A stretch of 64,000 bases of DNA from an uncultured delta proteobacterium (lineage in GTDB: Bacteria > Desulfobacterota > Binatia > UBA9968). A program made the position numbers and the translations under genes. Positions 18,943 to 28,866 of the stretch are shown in pieces. How positions within the stretch are numbered: the stretch's first letter is position 1; each line of letters opens with the position of its first letter. A model generated the notes under the pieces. The model was not told where the DNA came from. It saw only the letters and a program-made list of their open reading frames with translations, and ran no database searches. Where the stretch lies: the NCBI GenBank assembly GCA_963755715.1, contig CAVWLW010000024.1:1-64000 (forward strand), read 5' to 3'.

Positions 18943-19561
18943 ATGATTAAACTCTACACTTGGGGCACGCCCAACGGTAAAAAAGTTTCGATTATGCTCG
19001 AAGAGATCGGCATGCCGTATGAAGTATATCCGATCAATTTCGGTAAGAACGACCAGTTCAAGCCGGAGTATCTGGCGATCAATCCGAACAACAAAATTCC
19101 TTCGATCATCGACACCGAAGGTCCCGGCGGTAAGCCTTTCACGCTTTTCGAGTCGGGCGCGATCTTGATGTATCTGGCGGAGAAGTCCGGCAAGTTCTGG
19201 CCGGCCGACCTGCGGCAGCGCTATCTGGTGATTCAGTGGCTGATGTTTCAAATGGGCGGAGTCGGGCCCATGTTCGGCCAGGCCAATTATTTTTACCGCC
19301 TCGAAGAAAAAGTTCCCTACGCCATCGAACGCTTTCGCAAAGAAGCGCTGCGTTTGTATGGCGTGCTCGACAAAGAGTTGGGCCAGCGCGAATATCTGGC
19401 CGGGGAATACTCGATCGCCGACATCGCGACCTATACCTGGGTCGGGCGCCACGAGGGGCATCACGTGAAACTCGAGGAGTTTCCCAACGTGAAGCGCTGG
19501 TTCGATACGATTTCAGCAGCGGCCGGCAGTGCAACGCGGGATGGCGGTTCCGAAAACATAA
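18943..19561 (+). CDS. yfcG: Glutathione S-transferase, YfcG/YghU (Nu class)-like
   Basis: TPNGKKV, INPNNKIP, FESGAIL and QMGGVGPMFGQ. A 3' indel gives the expected end SARPAVQRGMAVPKT* at 19561. Confidence 0.9.
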
Positions 19562-19565
19562 AAAA

Positions 19566-19632
19566 CCGTGCTCGTGGACGTGGCTCGTGTTCGTTTTTTA
19601 CACGATCACGTTTCACGATCACGGACACGATT
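19566..19632. repeat. Imperfect palindrome of 6-nt units (CGTGxx ... xxCACG)
   Basis: ccgtgctcgtggacgtggctcgtgttcg tttttta cacgatcacgtttcacgatcacggacacga. Confidence 0.7.
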
Positions 19633-19670
19633 AATACGATATCGTCGCAAAGGAATGAAGGGAAGTTCCT

Positions 19671-21452
19671 ATGGCCAAGCAACAGAAAATGGAGAAACCG
19701 CGCGCCGAGTGGGGCTCGGACGTCGTCGTCGATCTTTTAAAGGCTTTCGAGATCGAATACATCGCGATCAATCCCGGCGCGACTTTCCGCGGCTTGCACG
19801 ATTCGCTGGTCAACTACGGCGGCAATCACGCGCCGGAAATTATTCTTTGCAACCATGAGGAGATCTGCCGTCGCGTTGGCGCACGGCTACGCGCGCGCGA
19901 AGGGCAAGCCGATGGCCGCCGCGGTTCATAACATTGTCGGCCTGCAGCACGCGTCGATGGCGATCTACAACGCTTGGGCGGACCGGTTGCCGGTCATCGT
20001 GCTGGGCGGCACCGGGCCGATGGATTCCGCCAATCGCCGGCCTTGGATCGACTGGGTACATACCGCCAACGTGCAAGGCAATCTGGTGCGCGACTTCGTC
20101 AAGTGGGATGACCAGCCAGGCAGCGTCGAAGCCGTGCCGGATTCTTTCATCCGCGCGTACAGGCTCGCAACCAGCGATCCTCAAGGGCCGGTTTACATTT
20201 GCTACGACGCGCGATGTGCAGGAAAAACAGCTCGACGGCGAAGTGAGTTTCCCGTCGCTCGACCGTTATCCCGCGCCGCTGCCGGTGCAGGCGCCGGAAG
20301 AGGGATTCGACAAAACGATTCGCTGGCTGCTCGAAGCGAAGAGGCCGGTGATCCTGGCCGATTGGGTGGGCAGGCGAGAAGCGGGCTTTAACGCGCTCGG
20401 TGAATTGGCTGAAATGCTCGGCGCGCCTGTGCTGGACCAATGGGGCCGATTTAATTTTCCCGTGCAACATCCGCTCAATCTGACCGGCCAGGGCGAGAAG
20501 GTGATTCCGCAGGCTGATTTGATTCTGGCGTTGGATGTCCCGGACCTGGAAGGCGCGACCGCGCGAAGGGCGCAGGAGCGAGGAAATCGTCGCGCGACGC
20601 CTTTGACGGCGGCCAGTGCCAAAATTATCAACGTAAGTCTGGACGACTTGCTCGTGCGCGCCTGGGCGACCGATTTCAACAAACTGCGCGAAGCGGATTT
20701 GATGATCACGGCCGATACATCGGTATTTCTTGCCGGAGTTGGTGCGGCGGCTGAAAGCGGAGAAGAAACTTGGTGAATTAAAAGACGATATCGCCAAGCG
20801 CCGAGCTGATTGGGGAAAAATTTACGAAGATAAAAAAGCCGCGCTGGAAAAGGAACTCAAGGCCAAGTGGGACGATAAGCCGATTGCGATGACGCGGATT
20901 TACGCGGAGATCAACGAGGCGCTCAAAGGCGAAGACTGGGTGCTGACCAACGGCAGCTCGCAGGGAAAAGAAAATCTTTACCTGCCCGCAACCAAGTTCA
21001 ATCAGATCCTCGGCAAATACAAAGGCGGCGGCTTGGGCTACGGCATGCCGGCGTCGCTCGGCGCCGCTCTGGCGCACAAAGGTTCGGGGAAATTTTGCCT
21101 CAACATCCAACCCGACGGCGATCTGCTCTTTACCGTGAGCTCCATCTGGACCGCCGTGCATCATCAGATTCCGCTGCTGAGCATCGTCTGCAGCAATCGC
21201 TCGTACTTCAACGACGAAGAACACCAGGAGCGGGTCGCGATCCAGCGCAATCGCCCGGTGGAAAACAAGACCATCGGCATCCGCATCGAAGACCCCAACG
21301 TCGACTTCGGCGCCATGGCGCGCACCTACGGCTGCTGGGGCGCCGGCCCGATCACCGAGCCGAAGGATCTGATCAAGACTTTGCGCGAAGCGGTTAAAGT
21401 GGTGAAGAGCGGGAAGCCGGCGCTGGTGGATGTGGTGTGCCAGATGCGGTGA
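19671..21452 (+). CDS. Thiamine pyrophosphate-dependent enzyme (acetolactate synthase/benzoylformate decarboxylase-like), frameshifted
   Basis: NPGATFRGLHDS, NHEE, HNIVGLQHA, GGGLGYG, and the TPP motif variant PDGDLLF...SNRSY, spread across four ORFs. Confidence 0.9.
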
Positions 21453-21556
21453 GTCAATTCGATAAAGATTTGTTCAGCGAGGGCTCAGTCGAGTAAAGAG
21501 GTCGACTGAGCCCTGGTATTTTCTGGGGCAGGATAATTTCGGCATTGTGCGATTTG

Positions 21557-22003
21557 CTACAAGGATTTCGGCCGCACCTCGATGTGCCACTTCGGCTTCA
21601 TCCTTCCGAAGTCGGTGCGCCGGTGCCGACTCAGGTTTTTCTTTGAATCGAGCACGCAAGCGCCGGTCGCATCGCGGATGAAAACCACCCAGTGCCAAAA
21701 TGGCTTATTCCTTTCGACATGCCATTTGATCGCGAGCAGAGCGAGATTGGGAAGCGAGTGCCAGGATCGAAACGGCAACTCGCCGGTCTTGACGCGAAAT
21801 CCGCAGTGGTTCAAAAGTCGGCGTACGTGAGTAGTTTCGGACCATAGTTTTTTGTCTTCGGCGTAAATGCCGAAACGGTTGGCGATCTTTTTCGCGCTCG
21901 CGTAAGACACGCCGGCGATGGCGGCAACACTGGCGATACCGCAGCCTGTCACCTCGGCTTGAATCACGGGTCTCATCGTACGACGAAGCGGGTGCGTGCT
22001 CAT
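21557..22003 (-). CDS. Stand-alone peptidase C39-like protein
   Basis: IQAEVTGCGIAS (catalytic Cys), HWVV (His) and VLDS (Asp). Confidence 0.7.
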   Translation of the reverse strand: MSTHPLRRTMRPVIQAEVTGCGIASVAAIAGVSYASAKKIANRFGIYAEDKKLWSETTHVRRLLNHCGFRVKTGELPFRSWHSLPNLALLAIKWHVERNKPFWHWVVFIRDATGACVLDSKKNLSRHRRTDFGRMKPKWHIEVRPKSL

Positions 22004-22320
22004 CGATAGTTGGCTTGCAGCGCTTCGTTTTCTTTACGCAGCCGGCCATCGATCACGAAAGGCCCGAACGGAAGCAGGGCGGCGACGAGGACGCCACCTG
22101 TCCGCCACACGGTCCACTTCGCTTCCTGATGCGCTTGAGTGAGAGCGATACAAAATGTGATGAACAATAGCCCGTGCAGCCAACCGACGACCGTGACCGC
22201 TTGCGGCAATCCGGCAAGATATTTTAGCGGCATTGCCACGCCTAGCAAGACGAGAAATGAGATGCCTTCGACAAGGGCGACAGCGCGAAGGCGGCCGATA
22301 GAAGTTTTGAACATGAGCAT
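22000..22320 (-). CDS. DUF3817 family membrane protein
   Basis: ALVEGISFLVLLGVAMPLKY, GWLHGLLF and LLPFGPF. Confidence 0.88.
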   Translation of the reverse strand: MLMFKTSIGRLRAVALVEGISFLVLLGVAMPLKYLAGLPQAVTVVGWLHGLLFITFCIALTQAHQEAKWTVWRTGGVLVAALLPFGPFVIDGRLRKENEALQANYR

Positions 22321-22583
22321 TCTTTCATTAACTCGGACTACTCGGACGGTTGTTCGCTTTCCTGATTTTATAAAGACCCCGCCGAGCATGCCAAGCGGAA
22401 TAACTCGAATGACCCAGCACTGCAATGATGCCAATCACTGATTGTCAAATACAAGCAAAGCGGAGCGACCCAGAGAACCGTGCAACCGAGCGCGGTTCCC
22501 TCTCCGATAACGGGAGGTCAGCGAAACTTGTTGTGTGAGGCAGCGCCAGTGAATCCTATCTTAGTCGACGAGACCGCGTCTTT

Positions 22584-23903
22584 CTAGGTTAATGGGGCTG
22601 ATCTGATATCTTCGAGCTTGTGCAGCCGGTTGCGCACGAGATCGATGTGGCCGCGCAAGTGGTAAATATAATCGGAATAACTATTTCCGACACGAGTCTT
22701 GTTGACGCCGTCTTCGATCGCGTCGAGCCGCTCGAGGTAGCCATGGAGCAGCGCAGGATCGGGCTTGTTGGCAACATCGCTTTCAAGATATTTAAGTTCG
22801 CCGTACCATTTGAAGATACGCGATTTGTTGCGCCATTGGATAACTGCCGGCAGGATTTTGAATAACGGCAGGAGCACGGCGATAAGCGGCAACAGCAACA
22901 CGGCCAGGCGCTCGATCAAGACCGCCATCCAGAAAGGTAGATAACGCTGTAAAAACGGCGTGCCATTTTTGTAGTAACGCTTGGCCTCGTCAGCGAGGAC
23001 GAATTCCGATTCCCGCGGCGCGGGAAACTCGCCGGCTTTTTGTAGGACCCCGGCCCGTCCATGGACTTCGCTCGCCGCTTGGAGAAGAAGTGAGCTGAGG
23101 GCGGGGTGAAAATCTTCTTTCACGACGAGATGCGCCGTGGTCGCCAGCAGGACGATATCGCGCGCCGGCAGGTCGGCAGCGAGATCGATGGCGCCGCGCG
23201 GTAATCGGATCGTCGTCAGGAACGTGAAGCGGCGGGTGAATGCTTCAGCTTGCGCGAGGCTTGCGAGCCGCACGTTGTTTGCTTTCGCCAACTCGCGAAC
23301 TGCCGGTACGTCCGGTGCGGCGACGAGAAGTGCCGCATCGAGCGTGCCTTCGATGAGAGCCTTGGCCGCATCGTTGCCGCCGAGAGGCGAAAGTGTGGTC
23401 GATGACGCATCGACTCCGCTCGCCTTGAGCACGAGCAGGGCGAGCGCTCGGGTGCCGCTGCCTTCTGCGCCGACGGCGACGCGTTTGCCTGATAGCTGAC
23501 TCAGCTTGTCGATCTCTGCGCTGCCGCGATAAAATATCCAGAGCGGTTCATAGTACATCGCGCCGAGCGAATGCAGCCCAGGAGGCGGGTCACCGGTGAC
23601 CATGCCGGCTTGCACGAGCCCGACCTGGACTTCGGAGTCGGCACCTTGCAGACGCTGCAGGTTCTCCACGGCGCCGGCGGACGGTTTCAAAGTGATCGTG
23701 ATCTTCTCGCGAGCCAAGATATCGCGGTAACGCTGGGCGAAAAGCTGATACGCGCCACCTGCCGCGCCGGTGGTCATGACAAATGCGTTTGGCGGCGCCG
23801 GTTGAACATAACGGGCGGCGATCCAAAACACCGCAATGACGAGCAGTGCCGGCAGAACGATTACGAGGAGTAGATCTTTGATCGCGTCTTTGTCGAAGCG
23901 CAT
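22584..23903 (-). CDS. Membrane-anchored TAXI-family TRAP solute receptor
   Basis: N-terminal TM; GAAGGAY, GAVENL, YEPLWIF, GAEGSGT and PFLQRYLPFW; C-terminal TM plus helical tail. Confidence 0.88.
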   Translation of the reverse strand: MRFDKDAIKDLLLVIVLPALLVIAVFWIAARYVQPAPPNAFVMTTGAAGGAYQLFAQRYRDILAREKITITLKPSAGAVENLQRLQGADSEVQVGLVQAGMVTGDPPPGLHSLGAMYYEPLWIFYRGSAEIDKLSQLSGKRVAVGAEGSGTRALALLVLKASGVDASSTTLSPLGGNDAAKALIEGTLDAALLVAAPDVPAVRELAKANNVRLASLAQAEAFTRRFTFLTTIRLPRGAIDLAADLPARDIVLLATTAHLVVKEDFHPALSSLLLQAASEVHGRAGVLQKAGEFPAPRESEFVLADEAKRYYKNGTPFLQRYLPFWMAVLIERLAVLLLPLIAVLLPLFKILPAVIQWRNKSRIFKWYGELKYLESDVANKPDPALLHGYLERLDAIEDGVNKTRVGNSYSDYIYHLRGHIDLVRNRLHKLEDIRSAPLT

Positions 23904-24091
23904 GCGCCCGCCGTCGTGCTTGTGCGTGATGGCGCGAATTCTATAGCGGCGCGGGCGAGTTGAGTCGGAAGAGGGTGGAGTGGCGGCCATAACAAGTTTC
24001 ACAAACAGCTGCGAGATTTTGCCGTTGGCTTTTTTGCGTACGCGAGTGCCCTCGCTTGCGCGGCGATTCGCACCATCGTTGCGTGCTTGCG

Positions 24092-25090
24092 CTATCCTTT
24101 CACCCGTTCGATAAACCCGCTCTTCTTGATGTCATCCAGGATACTGGGTTCCACCAGCTTTAAACTCTCGGGCGTGGCGCCGGCAGCTTTCGGATTGGTT
24201 TTGGCGACTTCGGTGATGACGAATTCCAGTCCGCGGCGTTCGGGCAGGCTGAGCAATCCTTCACCGTGTTTGGCAATATAAAAGTCGTAACCGATGGATG
24301 CGCTTTCGTCGTCGAAGCGCAGGTATTTTTTGATTAAACGGATAGCGAGAGGTTTGTCGCGCTTCATCAGGTATAGTCCTTCAATCACCGCTTTGATGAA
24401 ATTAGTCGCCTGCTCGCGATTTGATTCCAGGTAGCTTCTCTTCGCCATGAAACAATTATGGCAGTAGCGGGGAAAGCCCCATTTGGCATCGGCGAGATCG
24501 ACCATCAATTTCATGCCGTTCTTGGTCGCCGCGGTGGCTTGTGGATCGCTCAGAATCGTCGCGTCGACTTGACCAGCCAGCAGAGCCGTTTGCCGTGTTG
24601 AGACGCCGCCGACTTGGATGATTTGGGTCAGCTCAGGTTTTACTCCAAGTTTTTCCAAACAGATGCGTAAATTTACTTCGGATGAGGAGCCGAAGCGGCT
24701 GATCGCGATCTTCTTGCCTTTGAAGTCTTCCGGGGTTTTGATTTCGGGACGGGCGATTAACTTATCGGGGATAAAATTCAAACCGCCGGCGACGATGGTG
24801 ATATCCGCGCCGACGAGATTGGCATTGACGGCGAGCGAGCCCGTCGAGAAAAGGAACTGCGACTGATTGGCGACCAAGGTTTGCATGCCGACGGTGCCGC
24901 TCTCAATGGCGATGTATTCCATGTCGACGCCGTATTTCTTCATGAGCTTCTGCTCGTACGGCGCCCAGAGTAACGCGTGGATAATCGAAAGACCGCCACT
25001 GGCTGCGCGGATTTTTTGGGCGCTTGCTGGGGATTGAGCGGCGACCAGATAGAATATAATAGCGACGGCTGTAAATAAGTGTGGAATCAA
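24092..25090 (-). CDS. NMT1/THI5(SsuA)-like substrate-binding protein
   Basis: Signal peptide; DFKGKKIAISRFGSSS and ALLAGQVDA. Confidence 0.88.
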   Translation of the reverse strand: MIPHLFTAVAIIFYLVAAQSPASAQKIRAASGGLSIIHALLWAPYEQKLMKKYGVDMEYIAIESGTVGMQTLVANQSQFLFSTGSLAVNANLVGADITIVAGGLNFIPDKLIARPEIKTPEDFKGKKIAISRFGSSSEVNLRICLEKLGVKPELTQIIQVGGVSTRQTALLAGQVDATILSDPQATAATKNGMKLMVDLADAKWGFPRYCHNCFMAKRSYLESNREQATNFIKAVIEGLYLMKRDKPLAIRLIKKYLRFDDESASIGYDFYIAKHGEGLLSLPERRGLEFVITEVAKTNPKAAGATPESLKLVEPSILDDIKKSGFIERVKG

Positions 25091-25183
25091 AGGATCTCCT
25101 TTGTCTATTAGCTGGTTAGAAGGACTTCTTAGGCCAATACTTCAGCACGGGGTGGCGGTCAAGAGGAGTCTTACGCTCGCTGC

Positions 25184-25904
25184 TTAAACACCGAGCTGCT
25201 TGGCTAACTCCAGCATATCTGTTGCAACGAAGTCGTAGCGATCCGTTGGCGGGACCGCGGCGGCTTTGCCGGCTCCACGCTCAAGAGGGCGATGAATAAA
25301 TGCTGTGTGTAGGCCGTATTTCTGCGCGGATTGGAGGTCGTGCTCGTGAGCGGCGACCATCATCACTTGATCCGGCGCGAGATCGAAGAGCTGCGGCACG
25401 AGCAGATAGACTTCCGCATCCGGTTTGTAGTGGCGGACGTTTTCCGCCGACAAAATGCAGTCCCACGGCAAACCCCCGTGCTTTGCCATGTTTGTTAGCA
25501 GCGAGATGTTGCCGTTCGATAACGTCGTGATCACGAATCGTGTCTTCAATCGTTGCAAGCCGGGGACCGAGTCCGGCCATGGCTTGAGGCGGTGCCAGAC
25601 GCGATTGAAATGTTAGCTTTTCATCTTCGCTAAGAATGTGAACGCCGAATCGTAGCAGGGTTTCTTCCAGCATTTGTCGATGTAAGTCATCGAGCTTCGT
25701 CCACGGCAGTTTACCGGCGCCGACACGGTCCATGTACGGACGGTAGATGGATCGCCAGGCGTCGGCGAATGCCGGCCAGTCGATTTGCAGACCCTTGGCT
25801 TTGCCAAGCTGCTCGCCTTCGGCGATCACACTAGAACGCCAGTCAACTACCGTGCCGAAGACGTCGAAGGCGAGAACTTTTATATCGTGAGGGATCATTT
25901 GCAT
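25184..25904 (-). CDS. Haloacid dehalogenase type II (frameshifted)
   Basis: AFDVFGTVVDWR, LSNGN, YKPDAEVY and MVAAHEHDL. Confidence 0.9.
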
Positions 25905-25912
25905 ATCCAAAG

Positions 25913-26818
25913 TTACGGCGAGGCAACGATTTTTTTGTTGTCGAAAAGATCCATGATTCTTGCTTCGGGGACTTGAACTACGTAAACGAACGCGAGTGAA
26001 CCCGCAACGATGATTTCCACTAAGGAGACGCACATAGCGACGGTCGCATGACGCCACCAGCGGATCGATCTACGCCCGATGAAACCGAAAAGTAAAGCTC
26101 CGAGTGCCGCCGTCCAGACGGCTTGGAGTCGTAACATTTCCGGATCCATGAGTGATGGGGTAAAAAGACCGCGTAAGCCCTGCTGGCTAATAACGATGCC
26201 TGCTGCTGCCAGTTCGACCAGCGCCCACAGCGCGCCAAAAACTGAAAACCCGACTATTCCACCGGAGATACGCGCGAAGGAGCTGCCGAAAAAAGGGCCG
26301 AAGATTTTCAGGAAGCCCTTTTCGATTTTCGTCGCTCTTGCCGCGCCGAGGATTTCCCCCAGCTGTTCCCGCACCGCCTGCAAGTCACGATCGAATGACG
26401 TGTGACGCAGATCAATGGCATTCAGCGTGGAAAGCGCAGCGAACTGTGACGGCAATCTAGACTCCGACGGCATCGTCGCGCCGTCGACGAGCACCGGCAC
26501 GATCGGCAGGTTTGATTCCATGGCGAAACGGATTTCTTGAGTGATTACATCTTTTGAATCGCCGAAGGGCGGCATCGAGGCGTCCCGTTCCAACCAGCTT
26601 TTGCCGATCAAGATAACGACCGCACCGCATTTTGCAAAAGTCTCTTCGATGACTTTATGGAAATTGGCACCCGGGCTGATGGAGTCGACGTCGAAAAACA
26701 CCTGCTGGCCGAATTGGTTTTTGAGGTGATCAACCAACCGTCCGGCATGGCCGGCGGTATCGGCGCGCCGGTAGCTGACAAATATTCCTACGTTCTCACG
26801 GGGTTTTAAGAGAGACAT
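25913..26818 (-). CDS. TIR-domain protein with C-terminal transmembrane helices
   Basis: IFVSYRRADT, FFDVDSISPG, ILIGKSW and ITQEIRFA (catalytic Glu position), followed by about 3 hydrophobic segments. Confidence 0.88.
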   Translation of the reverse strand: MSLLKPRENVGIFVSYRRADTAGHAGRLVDHLKNQFGQQVFFDVDSISPGANFHKVIEETFAKCGAVVILIGKSWLERDASMPPFGDSKDVITQEIRFAMESNLPIVPVLVDGATMPSESRLPSQFAALSTLNAIDLRHTSFDRDLQAVREQLGEILGAARATKIEKGFLKIFGPFFGSSFARISGGIVGFSVFGALWALVELAAAGIVISQQGLRGLFTPSLMDPEMLRLQAVWTAALGALLFGFIGRRSIRWWRHATVAMCVSLVEIIVAGSLAFVYVVQVPEARIMDLFDNKKIVASP

Positions 26819-26837
26819 ATAGCTCTACATGAGGACG

Positions 26838-28007
26838 CTATCCGCACACCGAAAACTTGAACGGATAATTGTGCAGCGGCTCGCCGCCGCTCGGTTTCAC
26901 GACGACCGCGGCGCCGAGCTGGAGTCCGGCTGTGAAGTCTTTCGTAGTCGGATTGGGCTGGATGATGTGCACCATGTTTTCTTGCAGCGTCCAGGGTTCG
27001 AGCGGGTGCGCGGCCGACTTCGTGCCGAGCTCCGGCGATTTGCCGGCTTCGCCATGAAAGACGCTGTCGTAGGAAGTAAAGCCGCTTTCTTCGATGACCG
27101 AAGACGCCGCGACAATTTGCTCACTGGTTGTGCCGGGTCTGCAGATCCTGCGAATATTTTCGTAGCACTGATAGGCGGTGTCAAAGAGTTTGCGATAAGT
27201 CGGCGACGGCTCTTTGCCGATGGCGAAGGGGCGATGAATCTGCGTCGAGTAGCCCCAATAGCTGACCGTCAGCTCGGTGATGACAACGCTGCCTTTTTCG
27301 AGCACGCGCGCGGTTTGCCTCTGCCAAGGGACGAAGCGGTCGGGATTGTCCATGTTCGTCGTGGCGATAAAGTGAATGCCCGGATCGCCGCCGTTTTTGA
27401 TGTAGGCGCTGTACACGATCGACAATACGTCTTGTTCAGTTAAACCGGGCCGCAAATTGTTTTCCAACGCCTCACACGCGAGGTCAGTGAGATAGCCGCT
27501 CTTACGAAGATACACGAGCTCTTCTTCGCTGCGCACGCGGCGGATGCGGCCGAATTGCGGTCCGAAGTCGATGAACTCGGCGTCGGGAAATTGGCGCTGT
27601 AATTCAGTTACGTGGCCGTAGGCCATGGCGCGCATGCTCACGAGCCCGATTTTGCTGTTGCCGAGCCCTCGCTTGCGAATTTCGTCGACGATAGTCGGCA
27701 TCGGCGTCGGACCGTACCAGCGCACGTCTTCGATGATCGACTGGGCCTTGGCGCAGGGCTGATGGTTAAAGAAATGGACGAAAACCGTCGGCTCTCCCCG
27801 TCGTGGGAATAGGAGCCAGCAAGGCGACTGTGCGAGGTAGTTCGATAGATAGTGGACGTCCGAGGAGCCGCGCGCACCGGAGATAAGAATTGCCTCGAGA
27901 CCGTCTTTATCCATCGCTTCGTGGATCGCGGCGGTGCGGCGCAAATACTCTGCCTCTGAGAAACGCGGGAAAAGATCTTTTTCTGCAAGTGTTGTCTCAG
28001 TCTTCAT
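26838..28007 (-). CDS. M24 family (Xaa-Pro peptidase/creatinase-like) protein
   Basis: Creatinase-like N-domain; RRVRSEEE, LRPGLTE and pita-bread fold motifs with non-canonical metal ligands. Confidence 0.85.
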   Translation of the reverse strand: MKTETTLAEKDLFPRFSEAEYLRRTAAIHEAMDKDGLEAILISGARGSSDVHYLSNYLAQSPCWLLFPRRGEPTVFVHFFNHQPCAKAQSIIEDVRWYGPTPMPTIVDEIRKRGLGNSKIGLVSMRAMAYGHVTELQRQFPDAEFIDFGPQFGRIRRVRSEEELVYLRKSGYLTDLACEALENNLRPGLTEQDVLSIVYSAYIKNGGDPGIHFIATTNMDNPDRFVPWQRQTARVLEKGSVVITELTVSYWGYSTQIHRPFAIGKEPSPTYRKLFDTAYQCYENIRRICRPGTTSEQIVAASSVIEESGFTSYDSVFHGEAGKSPELGTKSAAHPLEPWTLQENMVHIIQPNPTTKDFTAGLQLGAAVVVKPSGGEPLHNYPFKFSVCG

Positions 28008-28044
28008 CTGATCCTTTAAATTTAAATTGGACGGACACAGAGGT

Positions 28045-28507
28045 TCATGACTTAGGGCGCTTTCGGTTTTTGCTCTCTAATTTTTCAACGTCGGCTAAGT
28101 CTTGAGTTCTGCCGGTCGCGCGCTTGTTCTTGATCAGGTCTTCTATGGACAGGACACCGACAGGCTGGTCGGCAAACTGCGTGGAGTACCGCGCTGTCCA
28201 CGCTTCGGTGAATTCCACGCCGTCAATGGCGGTTAGAACGTGCGATCCGTATGGGCGCGATACCGATCTGGAAAACTAAGCCTGGAGTAGCGAGATCTTT
28301 TTCTGTCAAGTCGTGTAGCGGTGCGCCGAACGCGCGGAGAGCTTCTAGGACTCGCTTTGCGTTTGTTGGGTCTGGACGAATCCACACATCGAGATCTTCC
28401 GTTGCGCGAACATATCCGTGCGCTGCCAACGCGTGAGCGCCGACGAGAAGAAACTCAACTCTGTGGGCGTTGAATTCTGCTAATAGATCTCTGAAGTCTT
28501 GGCTCAT
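28045..28507 (-). CDS. Nucleotidyltransferase-like protein (frameshifted)
   Basis: LVGAHALAAHGYVRATEDLD, then across an indel VLTAIDGVEF...DLIKNKRATGRTQDLADVE. Confidence 0.85.
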
Positions 28508-28671
28508 CGGCGACGATTCGGTTGCCAAGCGAGGCAGAGCAGGGTCAGCTCCCACACCGCAGTGATCCGTTCTGCGGCGGTCGCTGTATCCCAGTAAGAG
28601 TCCTCATCGACCGGCGCTCCCGGGCGAATAATTCGGGTGGTAACATCCTTTCGATGAGGAGCACGGTTCAT
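28455..28671 (-). CDS. Small partner protein overlapping the nucleotidyltransferase start (putative antitoxin-like; frameshifted)
   Basis: Not in the track: MNRAPHRKDVTTRIIRPGAPVDEDSYWDTATAAERITAVWELTLLCLAW...DEPRLQRSISRIQRPQS*. Confidence 0.6.
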
Positions 28672-28866
28672 ACAATTTACTATAGCTTATTCCAAAAAAA
28701 TGTTCCTCTTAAATCGAGGTTTACTTCCGGATTGTAATCCGGTTCGCCGTACAGACGTTACCGCGGCTCCACCGACGACCGGCAATCGCCTCGCGTCTTC
28801 GGCCGACACGAGAGTTATACGCGCCTGTCGGTTCTCATGAGCCGGTCAACGCTGCCAAAACTCAGG

